Positions 41,000 through 51,439 of a stretch of DNA of 62,005 nt are shown one piece after another. The translations under genes were made by a program, and so were the position numbers. The notes under the pieces were generated by a model. The model ran no database searches and had not been told where the DNA came from. It saw only the letters and a list, made by a program, of their open reading frames with translations. The DNA comes from a virus. Taxonomy: Duplodnaviria > Caudoviricetes. Numbering within the stretch: the first letter of the stretch is position 1; each line of letters begins with the position of its first letter. The stretch spans positions 1 to 62,005 of the IMG/VR virus record IMGVR_UViG_3300037247_002096; one strand, written 5' to 3'.

Positions 41000-42781
41000 C
41001 TATTCTAAAAAACCCAATCTCTCCATTGTAAAGATAGAAGGGATATACGGCGGCCAATAATCAGGGTTGGCGAAGTTAGTATCCCAACCATAGTTTCTTC
41101 TGGGGGGTGAGTAACATTTTCCACTCAAGCAAAAATCGCCATCAGCTTGTGAACTGATCCATAAGTTGATGAAAGCTCCCCGATAATTCAATGGTTTACT
41201 CCAGCGTTCATGCAAACGGGGATAATTATGCACTCCGCCACCCTTTTTACCATTCAATATTGATGGACTATTGCCGGAGAAAAACGCGGCGTTAACAGAA
41301 GTGCTTATATTGGCACTGGGTGCTGACAGATTGCATTCTTTTGTGGTCCAAGCGTTGGAAAGGATATTGATAGAATCTGAAATGATCGCCACACCCTTCC
41401 TGTTCACAGTATTAAAATCAGCCTCTATATATAACGGGTTGTCAGTCGCTATTGTGGTGTTGGACAACAATTGTGAGTCTGAATAGGTATTTATTTTTTT
41501 CAGACGGATGGCCTGTAAAGGATCTGCATCATTAACAAAAGTGGCGTCTGGAGACCGGGATGTATAAACTAAAATTCCATTTTCGCCCAGTGCGCCAAGT
41601 CCGTTGAAAGCTAAATAATCCTCGAACCAGAGTTCAAGAGCGTATAAATCAATATCAGTGGTGTCAACCCGGCGTTCTTCCCGCCAATCGCAAAAATCAT
41701 CTGGTGAATCTTGAATAATATCATCTGGCCCTGTGTAATACGGTCTTAATAATGGGTTAAAAATTTGATCGGTTACATCAGTACCAGGCGCGGGCCTTGA
41801 AACAAAAACTTTGATGTTTGAGCCTTGGCCGATAATAGTGATACCATCGACTCCGGGGATCAACGGGTTGAGTGCAACACCCTCGTAAAATCCGTTGCGT
41901 TGGAATAAAACCTTTCCGGGAGTTTTATGTGGCTGCTCATTGACTCTGATAAAACCTTTAAAATCATCTTCTAATGCAACTAAGTTGGAGGAATCATAGG
42001 TTTTGTCAAGCTCAATAAAATCCTCCCAAACGGTACTGGTATTCGAGATTTTCATTTCTGCAAATTTTGTTGCTGTGCCACCCGTTTTTTTATTAGTCAA
42101 TAAACTTCCAGTCACCGTTATTGAAAGAGGTGTTTGAATGAGTCCATCGGGGTCAAAATTTTGAAACCTGACATAGGGTTTTGTGCCGCCATTGCCGTAG
42201 GTTGCAACATGAAAATTTCCGTTGGTATGAATCCTGCCCCAACTGGTCCAATTTTTTCCGGGCATTAATTCCAGATCAGGGTCACCACCGGGATCGCCAT
42301 CGCCGCCATAAAATATAAACCATTGCACCAATGGGGTTTCCAATATGCGTATTTGTTCTGTCAAAGTTTCTTTAGAATTATCTGTGGTGGATCTGGAAGT
42401 GGCAATTATTTCATATTCGTGAGCATAATTATTGATGATGTTCTTACCATTTATGGTTTGGGTGAGATAACGGTCTTGGATTTTTGTGATGCTGTATTCA
42501 ACCTGGTGGTCGCGATATTCAGGCAGAGCAATGGCACCTCCTATAGGCTGATAAGGCACCAGATTCTCGAAACTTGTCACTATGGTAGCCACGGCTTGAT
42601 CCAACCCGGATTCTGCAGTGTAAAACGACTTCTTACCCTTTAAAAGCGCACGAGCAGATTCAAGGTTTAGCGAGGTCATTTGCAACGCGCCTACGGATAA
42701 AGCAAGCATTGCCGCCATCATGAACATAAATATAATGAGTGTGGAGCCTTTTTCCTGTTTCAACAGAGAGTGATAACACAT
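41000..42781 (-). CDS. PilX-like type IV pilus minor pilin/assembly protein
   Basis: KQEKGSTL prepilin-like leader, hydrophobic helix, FYTAESG; IHTNG and GGVHNYPR..E.W motifs. Confidence 0.8.
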   Translation of the reverse strand: MCYHSLLKQEKGSTLIIFMFMMAAMLALSVGALQMTSLNLESARALLKGKKSFYTAESGLDQAVATIVTSFENLVPYQPIGGAIALPEYRDHQVEYSITKIQDRYLTQTINGKNIINNYAHEYEIIATSRSTTDNSKETLTEQIRILETPLVQWFIFYGGDGDPGGDPDLELMPGKNWTSWGRIHTNGNFHVATYGNGGTKPYVRFQNFDPDGLIQTPLSITVTGSLLTNKKTGGTATKFAEMKISNTSTVWEDFIELDKTYDSSNLVALEDDFKGFIRVNEQPHKTPGKVLFQRNGFYEGVALNPLIPGVDGITIIGQGSNIKVFVSRPAPGTDVTDQIFNPLLRPYYTGPDDIIQDSPDDFCDWREERRVDTTDIDLYALELWFEDYLAFNGLGALGENGILVYTSRSPDATFVNDADPLQAIRLKKINTYSDSQLLSNTTIATDNPLYIEADFNTVNRKGVAIISDSINILSNAWTTKECNLSAPSANISTSVNAAFFSGNSPSILNGKKGGGVHNYPRLHERWSKPLNYRGAFINLWISSQADGDFCLSGKCYSPPRRNYGWDTNFANPDYWPPYIPSIFTMERLGFLE

Positions 42782-42818
42782 GCCATATCTCCAAAATTAG
42801 TTTATATATAGGAAATTA

Positions 42819-42834
42819 TGCAAACTGTGTGCCA
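42819..42834 (-). promoter_or_regulatory. Sigma54 promoter of the PilX-like gene
   Basis: Minus strand reads TGGCAC-ACAGT-TTGCA, the -24/-12 consensus. Confidence 0.8.
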
Positions 42835-42953
42835 ATGAGCAACTTGAACGCAAGTAACGAAAACAATGGTTTACAGGATTTATTTTTTGGTTATAATACA
42901 AAAGTGACTAAAATATTATTATTCTGACAATTTATGTCGCTAAATAAAAGGGG

Positions 42954-43148
42954 ATGGTAATGCGGCTATTAACCAAAAAGCGGGTTAAGGATTTGGTTCT
43001 TTATAGTTTCTCGCACATAGATCGTCTTGAAAAGGCTGGGAAATTTCCTAAAAAGGTTCGACTCGGCACTCACAGGATTGCCTATATAGAAAGTGAGATT
43101 ATAGAGTGGATAGAAAAAAAAGTCAGCGAAAGGGATAACTCCACTTGA
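42954..43148 (+). CDS. alpA: Second AlpA-family regulator/excisionase
   Basis: RLEKAGKFPKKVRLG..RIAYIESEIIEW. Confidence 0.85.
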   Translation: MVMRLLTKKRVKDLVLYSFSHIDRLEKAGKFPKKVRLGTHRIAYIESEIIEWIEKKVSERDNST

Positions 43149-43231
43149 TACTCCCTAACGGGAGGGAACAGGAAAGGGAAGCCCGCAGAAAACCAATATT
43201 TTAAAATATTAAGAAACCGGGGAGTTTGTAA

Positions 43232-45325
43232 ATGAAAGATGATTTTTTAAAAAAAAATATGACAAAAATGATGTTTTCGGTAGTAGCAATATTGGCTTTT
43301 AGCATTATTGGACTGATCATTTACATTTCAACCACCAGCTTTAACAACACGGTGGCATCCAGCAAACTCAACGCCCTGTCTATCATCGATCAATTCAAAA
43401 CTTTACGTGCCTATTACGTTAAAAGCGTTATCAAAAAGGTCAAAGCCAATGACACCGGCTTGCAAATATCTATCGACCACAAAAACATGGACGATGCTAT
43501 CCCCCTACCTGCAACCATGATTCATGATATGAGCGAATTATTGAGCGGAAAAGGTAAAGACAATATAAAATTGAAACTTTACAGTGATTTCCCGTTTCCA
43601 AATCGTAAAGGTAGAAAATTGGATAGTTTTGGAAAGTCAGCTTTAGCGTTCTTTCAAGCCACTCCGGATCAACCTTTTGTAAAAGAAGAAACATTGAATG
43701 GCCAGTCCGTTGTTCGCGTTGCCGTTGCCGATAAAATGATCGCCAAGGCTTGTGTGAATTGCCACAATACCCGCTACGACACCCCAAAAAATGATTGGAA
43801 ACTGGGCGATGTGCGTGGTGTGCTCGAAGTCATTTCCCCCATCGATACTCAATTAGCAGCAAACAGCGCGATGTTAACCAAAGTAATTAGTATCACCGTT
43901 TTCTGTTTGATCCTGGTGGCTTTGATGGTCGCAGGCGTCTTGATGCAAATGAAGGCAATGAGAAGATCACAAACTGAAAACGCAAAAATAATCTCGATAA
44001 TTGAAAACGCTCCTATCAATATCCTTTTTGCGGATACAGACTTTGATTTGCAATATATGAATAAAGCTTCATTTAAAACTTTAAAGACTTTGGAAAAGAG
44101 TCTTCCTGACAGGGTGGAAAACCTTGTTGGGCAATCGATTGATATTTTCCACAAAAATCCGGCTGTGCAACGAAGAATTCTTTCCGACCCAAAAAATCTC
44201 CCACATCAAGCTAATATCCAACTGGGTCCAGATACTCTGGATCTTTTGTCAAACGCGATTTACGATAATGATAAAAACCATATGGGGTCTATGGTCACAT
44301 GGGCGGTGATCACTGATAAACTTGCGCGGGAACAAAAAACAAAGGAGATGCAAGAACGTGAACAAATGCAGTCTAAAGAGTTGCAAGAAAACGTGGATAG
44401 CATTCTTGATGTTGTGAGTGCCGCCGCCATGGGGGATCTCACCCAAGAGATCACCGTGCAGGGTGATGATGCCATTGGGCAAATGGGCAAAGGGCTGACA
44501 CAATTTTTCTTGGATCTGCGTAAAAATATTTCAGAGATTGCGGATACAGCCCAGACCCTCAGCAGTTCATCAGAGGAATTGAGCACAATCAGTCAAACCA
44601 TGGCGGGCAATGCGGAACAAACTTCCGCTCAGGCAAATGTCGTGTCAACCGCGTCCGAGGAAATCGCTCGCAATGTTGAAACAGTAGCAACAGGTGCGGA
44701 AGAAATGGGCGCAAGCATTAAAGAAATTGCCCGCAATGCCAATGAAGCGGCAAAGGTGGCCAAATCCGCTGTGGTCATCGCCGAAAAGACCAACGAAACA
44801 GTGGGCAAACTGGGTGTCAGTAGTACAGAAATAGGGCAAGTCATAAAAGTCATCACCTCGATTGCAGAGCAAACCAACTTGCTGGCTTTGAACGCAACCA
44901 TCGAGGCGGCTCGTGCTGGAGAAGCCGGAAAGGGCTTTGCAGTTGTCGCCAACGAAGTCAAAGAACTGGCGAACCAAACAGCCAAGGCAACTGAGGAAAT
45001 CAGCCAAAAAATCGAGGCCATTCAATCGGATACTCAAAGCTCCGTTGATGCCATTGCCGAGATCACCATGGTCATTAACCAGATCAACGATATTTCTAAC
45101 ACCATCGCCAGCGCGGTTGAGGAACAGACCGCAACCACGGCGGAAATTGGGCGCAACGTGGAACAAACCGCCAAAGGGAGTAATGAAATATCAGAAAATA
45201 TTTCCGGAGTGGCTAAGGCGGCTCAGGAAACCTCTACAGGTGTCGGGCAAACTCAGCAAGCGGCAACAGACCTGTCAAAAATGGCCGCTGATCTGCAAAA
45301 ACTTGTCAGCCGATTCACTTATTGA
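43232..45325 (+). CDS. Methyl-accepting chemotaxis protein with periplasmic heme-c (DUF3365-like) sensor and PAS domain
   Basis: Two TM segments, CVNCH, PAS-like [38 protein letters not shown]. Confidence 0.93.
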   Translation: MKDDFLKKNMTKMMFSVVAILAFSIIGLIIYISTTSFNNTVASSKLNALSIIDQFKTLRAYYVKSVIKKVKANDTGLQISIDHKNMDDAIPLPATMIHDMSELLSGKGKDNIKLKLYSDFPFPNRKGRKLDSFGKSALAFFQATPDQPFVKEETLNGQSVVRVAVADKMIAKACVNCHNTRYDTPKNDWKLGDVRGVLEVISPIDTQLAANSAMLTKVISITVFCLILVALMVAGVLMQMKAMRRSQTENAKIISIIENAPINILFADTDFDLQYMNKASFKTLKTLEKSLPDRVENLVGQSIDIFHKNPAVQRRILSDPKNLPHQANIQLGPDTLDLLSNAIYDNDKNHMGSMVTWAVITDKLAREQKTKEMQEREQMQSKELQENVDSILDVVSAAAMGDLTQEITVQGDDAIGQMGKGLTQFFLDLRKNISEIADTAQTLSSSSEELSTISQTMAGNAEQTSAQANVVSTASEEIARNVETVATGAEEMGASIKEIARNANEAAKVAKSAVVIAEKTNETVGKLGVSSTEIGQVIKVITSIAEQTNLLALNATIEAARAGEAGKGFAVVANEVKELANQTAKATEEISQKIEAIQSDTQSSVDAIAEITMVINQINDISNTIASAVEEQTATTAEIGRNVEQTAKGSNEISENISGVAKAAQETSTGVGQTQQAATDLSKMAADLQKLVSRFTY

Positions 45326-45347
45326 TTATGATGAAAGGGGATGGGGG

Positions 45348-46298
45348 ATGGGATTAGAAAAACTTGGTAGGATTGAGAAAATCGATATTAGGGATCAATG
45401 GAAACATGAAGCCAATGATTTTACGCCTTGGTTAGCTGAAGATAGAAATATTCAAATTCTTTCCGAAGCAATTGGCATTGATATTGAGGTTGAAGGAATT
45501 GAAGTCCCGATTGGATCATTTATTGCTGATATTATTGGGAAAGATGAAGAAGGTAGAAAAATTATTATAGAAAATCAATTATCGAAAACCGACCACAAGC
45601 ATTTGGGCCAAATCATCACCTATGCTTCTGGCATCGATGCAAAAATTCAAATATGGATATGTAAAGAAGTCACAGAGGAACATCGGCGGGCAATAGATTG
45701 GTTGAATGAATTTACAACCTCCGAGGTAATATTCTTCGCTTGTGAAATCGAGTTGTGGAAAATTAATGAATCTTTATGCGCCCCTATGTTTAAAGTGGTT
45801 TCAAGTCCAAATGATTGGTCCAAAACAATTAAAACTAACCCAAGTGAAATAAAATCACCTCTTAAAAAAATTCGGTTAGAATTCTGGAATGGCTTTAAAG
45901 AATATATGACAGAAAAAGGAACGGATTTAAGATTGAGAACTCCAGGCTCTAACCATTGGTATACTGTATCTCTAGGCACATCCCATTTTAGTTTAGCCTG
46001 GACTATCAATACAAAAGAAAACCGATTGGGATGTGAACTTTATATGGGCGGGAAACCCGCAAAGAAATATTTTTCTAAGCTCTGTGAAATGAAAGAAGAA
46101 ATCGAAAACGAAATTGGACCCCTAATTTGGATGGAATTGCCTGATAAAACAGCTTGCAGGATCATTGTTTACCATGATGGTGATATTAAAAACAAATCTC
46201 AATGGCCAGATCTCTATAATTGGCTCGGTGAAAAAGCGGAGGCGTTTCATTTGGCGTTCTCTAAAAGGGCAAAAAAAATATCAACTGAGCAGGAATAA
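45348..46298 (+). CDS. DUF4268-domain protein with NucS-like PD-(D/E)XK N-terminus
   Basis: HEANDFTPWL, IIIENQL..TDHKHLGQIITYASG; start reassigned to ATG 45348. Confidence 0.85.
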   Translation: MGLEKLGRIEKIDIRDQWKHEANDFTPWLAEDRNIQILSEAIGIDIEVEGIEVPIGSFIADIIGKDEEGRKIIIENQLSKTDHKHLGQIITYASGIDAKIQIWICKEVTEEHRRAIDWLNEFTTSEVIFFACEIELWKINESLCAPMFKVVSSPNDWSKTIKTNPSEIKSPLKKIRLEFWNGFKEYMTEKGTDLRLRTPGSNHWYTVSLGTSHFSLAWTINTKENRLGCELYMGGKPAKKYFSKLCEMKEEIENEIGPLIWMELPDKTACRIIVYHDGDIKNKSQWPDLYNWLGEKAEAFHLAFSKRAKKISTEQE

Positions 46299-46324
46299 AA
46301 GGCAGTTATGGAAAGGATTGAATA

Positions 46325-47281
46325 ATGCCTAGTTATAATATTGGGAGTTTATTTGCAGGGATAGGTGGTATTGACCGTGGTTTTCAGGATGCGGGTTTTA
46401 AAATAAAATGGTCCAATGAAATTGACAAAAAAGCTTGTAAAACCTTTTCAGTCAATTTCAGTCACAAAATGTATTCCGGCGATATAAAAAATTTAATTGT
46501 AGCGAATTTGTCAAAAGTTGATGTTTTGACAGCTGGTTTTCCTTGTCAACCTTTTTCCATAGCTGGTTATAGAAAAGGGTTGATGGATGAGCGGGGAGGA
46601 GCTATTTTTTTTCAAATGATGCGGATAATAAAAGGATTAAAACCGAGAGTTATTTTCCTTGAAAATGTTAAAAATTTAACTACTCATGATAAGGGAAGAA
46701 CGTTAAAGATTATAATGGAAGCTCTTATAGAGGCGGGATATCAATCCCCGAAGTATGCGATTTTAAACACTTGCGAATATTCTCAGTTGCCACAAAATCG
46801 GGAACGGCTTTTTATTGTTGGTTTTAAATATAAAAAAGATCAAGTCCGCTTTAATTTTCCAGAAAAAGAAAAGAAACAAAAAACCATTAAACAATTATTG
46901 GAAACAAAAATTCCAGAAAAATTTTATTATGATCAATTAGGATCAAAAATTTTTCCTACGTTGCAGAAAGCCATTACAAGAGTGGATACATGTTATCAAT
47001 GGCGAAGGAAATATGTCCGGGAAAATAAAAGCAATATGTGCCCAACTCTAACAGCTAATATGGGGACCGGTGGCCATAATGTTCCTTTGATATTGGATAA
47101 GGGCCGAATAAGAAAACTGACCCCAAAAGAATGTGCCAAGTTTCAAGGCTTTCCAAAAGATTTTATTCTTCCAGAAAATATGACAAATTCGGACCTTTAT
47201 AAACAGATTGGCAATAGTGTCAGCGTCCCAGTTGTAACTCGAATCGCACATAATATTCTGGAGGCCATTAGTAATTCATGA
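46325..47281 (+). CDS. DNA cytosine-C5 methyltransferase
   Basis: FAGIGG, GFPCQPFS, ENV, QNRER, YKQIGNSV. Confidence 0.95.
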   Translation: MPSYNIGSLFAGIGGIDRGFQDAGFKIKWSNEIDKKACKTFSVNFSHKMYSGDIKNLIVANLSKVDVLTAGFPCQPFSIAGYRKGLMDERGGAIFFQMMRIIKGLKPRVIFLENVKNLTTHDKGRTLKIIMEALIEAGYQSPKYAILNTCEYSQLPQNRERLFIVGFKYKKDQVRFNFPEKEKKQKTIKQLLETKIPEKFYYDQLGSKIFPTLQKAITRVDTCYQWRRKYVRENKSNMCPTLTANMGTGGHNVPLILDKGRIRKLTPKECAKFQGFPKDFILPENMTNSDLYKQIGNSVSVPVVTRIAHNILEAISNS

Positions 47282-47754
47282 ATAAAAAATTCACTGAAAA
47301 AAAATGGGAAATTAACCTTACTGGAATTTCTGAAGGAATTTTCAAACCGCAACATGGAACTGCAAATGAAATGATCGCTGTTGGAAGAACAATCAAAGCA
47401 GGATTCCCTACCTCCAGGTCAGATATTACAAATGCCACCTATGATGCAATCGTTGAAGTTGATGGGGGTAAAAAATTATTAAGAATCCAAATCAAAGGAA
47501 CAACCACCGGGACTGTGTCTCTTATTGGTGGACATAGAAGTGGCAAACAAATAGATAAAAATGCACCAAAAAGAATATATAAATATTCAGAAAAAAATTG
47601 CGATATTTTTATTGGAATAAATTCTCATAATGGTGATTGCTACATAATCCCAGCATCACACCTTAAAAAATGGGGTGGTACTAAGGCATTATCAAAATTA
47701 CAAGATTATAAGGAAAAATGGCAACATTTGGTCGATGTTGCAAAGAAAGCTTAA
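47278..47754 (+). CDS. PD-(D/E)XK endonuclease, probable cognate restriction enzyme
   Basis: YDAIVE...RIQIK; overlaps the MTase stop. Confidence 0.7.
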   Translation: MNKKFTEKKWEINLTGISEGIFKPQHGTANEMIAVGRTIKAGFPTSRSDITNATYDAIVEVDGGKKLLRIQIKGTTTGTVSLIGGHRSGKQIDKNAPKRIYKYSEKNCDIFIGINSHNGDCYIIPASHLKKWGGTKALSKLQDYKEKWQHLVDVAKKA

Positions 47755-47791
47755 AACATAATGCCAAAAATGAGTAAATGAACGGGGATGT

Positions 47792-48514
47792 GTGATGGTG
47801 ATAGTACCGTGGGAATATTACAATGTTTTGTGCGATAAAAGATTAGAAATATTTTGTTGCATTTTTTGTGGTGATAAAACAGAATCACGAGATCATGTCA
47901 TATCAAAAGTTTTTTTAGATAAACCTTATCCAAACGAATTACCAACAATTGGTGCGTGTATAGATTGCAATCGAGGATTTTCTATGGATGAAGAATACCT
48001 TGCTTGTTTGATTGAATGTGTTTTGAGCGGAACTACCAACTATGAAAATATTAAACGAGAAAAAGTAAGACACATTTTAAAACGCAAACCCTCTTTAGTA
48101 ATAAGATTAAAAAAAAGTAAAAAATCAACTTATGGGCAAATATGTTTTATCCCGGAAAATGATAGAGTCAAAAATATTATTATCAAAATTGCAAAGGCTC
48201 TAATAGGATTTGAGCTTACAAAACTGGTATTTCAAAAACCGTTTAAAGTAAGTTACTTACCGATTCCCAATATGACGCAAAAAGAAAGATTAAGTTTTGA
48301 AAGATTACCAGATTGTCTTTTGTGGCCAGAGATTGGTACAAGAACATTTCAAAGGATGGTTTTGGGAAATTTTGGAATGGGGAAAAACGCAATATGGTGC
48401 GATGTTCAACCAGGAAGGTTTCGTTTCTCAGCTATTCATTTACAAACAGAAATAATTATTCGCTTTGTCATCTCAGAATATCTGGCTTGTGAGGTTGTTT
48501 GGGATGATGATTGA
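47792..48514 (+). CDS. HNH-endonuclease-like protein
   Basis: CIFCG...SRDHV...ACIDCN. Confidence 0.75.
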   Translation: MMVIVPWEYYNVLCDKRLEIFCCIFCGDKTESRDHVISKVFLDKPYPNELPTIGACIDCNRGFSMDEEYLACLIECVLSGTTNYENIKREKVRHILKRKPSLVIRLKKSKKSTYGQICFIPENDRVKNIIIKIAKALIGFELTKLVFQKPFKVSYLPIPNMTQKERLSFERLPDCLLWPEIGTRTFQRMVLGNFGMGKNAIWCDVQPGRFRFSAIHLQTEIIIRFVISEYLACEVVWDDD

Positions 48515-48564
48515 TTTTTAAGTAAATAACCCGGCCAAAAATGAGTAAATGAAGGGGGGTTGAC

Positions 48565-48924
48565 CTACCTGAATCCTTTGCCAATTCCTGCGGCAATAAA
48601 AGATAAAGCTAATTTATTCATAGATATATTTTCAGCTTTTGCCATCGCCGCCAATCTTGCATGGAGTGATTTTGGTAATCGCTGGACATACTGGCCGCTG
48701 TGAGATTTCCCCGGTTTTGGTATTTCCTGTTTAAGGCTCTTGGCAATTTTCAGCCAATACCACACGGCGTCCTGCCCGTTTTTAAGCACATCTTCCAGTG
48801 TCTTCCCATCCGACATACAACCGGGCAGATCGGGATAGGTTATAAAAAACCCACCTCCAGCACCATCCTCCGGTAATATTGTCACCTCAAAAGGGTATTT
48901 CGTGATCTCTTTATCTTTTTTCAT
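48565..48924 (-). CDS. hicB: HicB-family antitoxin (no hicA seen)
   Basis: YPDLPGCMSDGKT; C-terminal RHH QRLPKSLH. Confidence 0.9.
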   Translation of the reverse strand: MKKDKEITKYPFEVTILPEDGAGGGFFITYPDLPGCMSDGKTLEDVLKNGQDAVWYWLKIAKSLKQEIPKPGKSHSGQYVQRLPKSLHARLAAMAKAENISMNKLALSFIAAGIGKGFR

Positions 48925-48974
48925 TTACAGATGATACCATATATGGTATCATTAAGGAAGCTAAATAAAGGAGG

Positions 48975-49397
48975 ATGGGGATGAAGATATACTATCGTAA
49001 AACATTTAAAATCGGCCTGATATTTCTGGTCTCTTGGGCGATTCTATCCGCTGGTATTGCACGAGCGGATGCGCCGACCATTTCAACTGGTATTGGTTTC
49101 ATGGAGATTTGTGAATCAAAAGAAACCCATTTTGTGTGGGCTTGCCTATCTTATATTGAGGGTTGGCGGTATGGTTTTTTTGCCGCACGGTACAAAGGGG
49201 GGGGAACCCACCAGTCTGAGTTTAATTTACCTGCTGAAGCAACCTATGACCAAATCAAAATGGTGGTGTTGAAATATTTACACGCTCATCCCGAAGAGCT
49301 TCACAAGGCCTCTTATTGGTTGATAAAAGATGCGCTTGTGGAAGCGTTCCCCTGGGAAAACAAACACAAGCTTGGGGTTCAAGGTTTTCTTAATTAA
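48975..49397 (+). CDS. Rap1a/Tai-like secreted immunity protein
   Basis: Signal peptide; C..YIEG, VVLKYL.AHPEELH..., AL.EAFP. Confidence 0.7.
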   Translation: MGMKIYYRKTFKIGLIFLVSWAILSAGIARADAPTISTGIGFMEICESKETHFVWACLSYIEGWRYGFFAARYKGGGTHQSEFNLPAEATYDQIKMVVLKYLHAHPEELHKASYWLIKDALVEAFPWENKHKLGVQGFLN

Positions 49398-49551
49398 TAA
49401 TGGGGGATGGGGATGAAAGATGGAATGAAATTTTGGCTTTTCGTCCTTTTTATGATCAGCTTTTATTGGTCGTGGAAATATTTCACATCTACTTACTAAT
49501 TATCAGGATTCCAAACCGGCCAAAAATGATTAAATAAAGGAGGATTAAATT

Positions 49552-49845
49552 ATGTTAAAAAGGTTCAAACTTAAAATGCCGGATTTAGAGGGGTTGCAAT
49601 ATAATGGTGATAACCGTCAACAAATACTTGAATTTATAAGACCCAAAATTAAAATTTCTCTTGATTACGAAGAAGAATCCCCTAAAAAGTTGATTATTAA
49701 TACAGCGGATGATGAACATCATCTTGAAATCGGAAGTTGGATTTTGAAATGGGAGGAACAAATGGGTATTAGTCTCGAATATAAATATGTATTTTTAGTC
49801 TGCAATGCCTTTATGGTTAGAATATTTTTAGAGGAAAAGAAATAG
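49552..49845 (+). CDS. Hypothetical protein, distantly similar to 4840-5151
   Basis: EGLQYNG.N...I.T......GSWILK pattern. Confidence 0.55.
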   Translation: MLKRFKLKMPDLEGLQYNGDNRQQILEFIRPKIKISLDYEEESPKKLIINTADDEHHLEIGSWILKWEEQMGISLEYKYVFLVCNAFMVRIFLEEKK

Positions 49846-49874
49846 CTAGCGGAAAACCGGCCAAAAATGAGTAA

Positions 49875-50150
49875 ATGAAGGGGGATGGGGGATGGGGGAT
49901 GTGGGATTGGAAAATTTGGCGAATAACTGATTCTCCATTAAAAAATTTATTGCGATCTTTTGCCATAATAGGAATCGGAACGATCATTATTCCTGATAAC
50001 CATTGGATGACCCATGTTGTTGTGGCGAATGAAGCTCTAAAGATGTATAGATTATGGGCCGAGGGAAGAGCTCTGGATAAAAAATTTAAGGCCGATATGA
50101 AAAAATACGTGGATGATATAAAAAAATGGCAAATAGCCAGCCAAAACTGA
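49875..50150 (+). CDS. Hypothetical protein (true start probably ATG 49899)
   Basis: Bounded by two cassette motifs. Confidence 0.5.
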   Translation: MKGDGGWGMWDWKIWRITDSPLKNLLRSFAIIGIGTIIIPDNHWMTHVVVANEALKMYRLWAEGRALDKKFKADMKKYVDDIKKWQIASQN

Positions 50151-50170
50151 GTAAATGAAGGGGGATTGGG

Positions 50171-51055
50171 ATGGAGAAAAATAAAATACCTAAAGCCACG
50201 CATTCAGGAATTCTTGAAATCGGGGAAATAAAAATTCAATGTTATGTTTTAGAAGATCGAACAAGGGTAATTTCCCAGGGCGGAATGGGAAAGGCACTTG
50301 GAAAAAGTCGAGGACGCGATTTAGCCGTTTTCTTAACAAGAAAGGGACTCAAACCCTTTATTTCTAAACAACTCCTCGACGACATCAAAAAACCCAGACT
50401 TTTCATTCCGCCGCATGGCGGAAAGCCTGGATATGCATATAAAGCAACGGTTCTAGCTGATATTTGTGAAGCTGTTTTAAAATGTAGAGCAGAAGGAAAA
50501 CTTAAAGCCCAACTTAAACATATTGCGACACAATGTGAAATTCTTGTGCGAGCTTTTATGAAAGTTGGAATTATCGCATTGGTGGATGATGCGACTGAAT
50601 TTTCCAAGCTGAAATCTGAATATAGACAATTATTTAAAGAGTTTATAAGAGATGAAGCGGGAAAATGGGAGAAGCAATTCCCAGATGATATTTATGATAT
50701 TTTCTATAAAATTTATGAGCTTCCTAGGTCCGAGAATAAAAATAAGCACCCTTTATTTTTTGCTAATTTGACACGTAAATATATTTATGAGCCATTGGCT
50801 GGAAGCAATGGTGGGCTTTTAAAAATGCTTGATGAAAAAAATCCAATATTAATTTCAAATTCTGGGAAAAAAAAGAGAAAATTTAAATTTCACCAATTTC
50901 TTGAAAAAATAGGAATAAATACCCTCCAGCAACATATGTGGCAATTAATTGGTATTGGGAAGGCATCTTCAAATAAAAATTCATTTAATAGAAATTTTAA
51001 TAGGACATTTTCTAAAAATTATCAATTCCATTTATTTGATGAAGATGAAGAATAA
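50171..51055 (+). CDS. P63C-domain protein
   Basis: CYVLED.TRVISQ, GIIALVDDAT, WEKQFPD. Confidence 0.85.
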   Translation: MEKNKIPKATHSGILEIGEIKIQCYVLEDRTRVISQGGMGKALGKSRGRDLAVFLTRKGLKPFISKQLLDDIKKPRLFIPPHGGKPGYAYKATVLADICEAVLKCRAEGKLKAQLKHIATQCEILVRAFMKVGIIALVDDATEFSKLKSEYRQLFKEFIRDEAGKWEKQFPDDIYDIFYKIYELPRSENKNKHPLFFANLTRKYIYEPLAGSNGGLLKMLDEKNPILISNSGKKKRKFKFHQFLEKIGINTLQQHMWQLIGIGKASSNKNSFNRNFNRTFSKNYQFHLFDEDEE

Positions 51056-51184
51056 CCAAAATAAGGCCGAATTTACATAATTTATCTTATGGAAATTAAT
51101 AATAATATAAGAACTTGGCCACAAACCGTCCACAAGTCGAAAATCGGGGTTAAAGCGGGTTGTTAAGTCATTGATTTATAAAGT

Positions 51185-51228
51185 GGCCCCATCGTCTAGG
51201 GGTAAGGACGCTGGCCTCTCACGCCAGC
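51185..51228 (+). other. Probable attP core: 5' half of tRNA-Glu(CTC)
   Basis: GGCCCCA-TC-GTCTAGGGGTAAGGAC-G-CTGGC-CTCTCAC-GCCAG, then no T-arm; flanked by TGGCCACAAACCGTCCACAAGTCG direct repeats (about 51116 and 51342). Confidence 0.75.
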
Positions 51229-51439
51229 GTCTTTCTCATATTATCAAAATACGAGCCATCGATTCTTTCCAGTTTCCTTTATTTTTCAATAGCATAGCCT
51301 ACCTCGCTTTAACCCCATTCTCAAAAAGGCCAAATTTTAGGTGGCCACAAACCGTCCACAAGTCGCCATTTTAGGTTATTATAGGGGGTGTAATTCACAG
51401 GTGGCCACAAGTTGGCCACAAGTCGAAAGGGGGATGGAT

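Larger units (their letters stand above)
47763..50170 (+). repeat. Dispersed intergenic motif CCGGCCAAAAATGAGTAAATGAAGGGGG, at least 5 copies (47763, 48531, 49516, 49857, 50137)
   Basis: Read directly; each copy lies at a gene boundary. Confidence 0.85.

Noticed and set aside
44913-45347. N-terminal 145 aa of ORF 44913-46298
   Set aside because: Overlaps the MCP gene in another frame; the recognisable domain starts at ATG 45348 behind a G-rich RBS.
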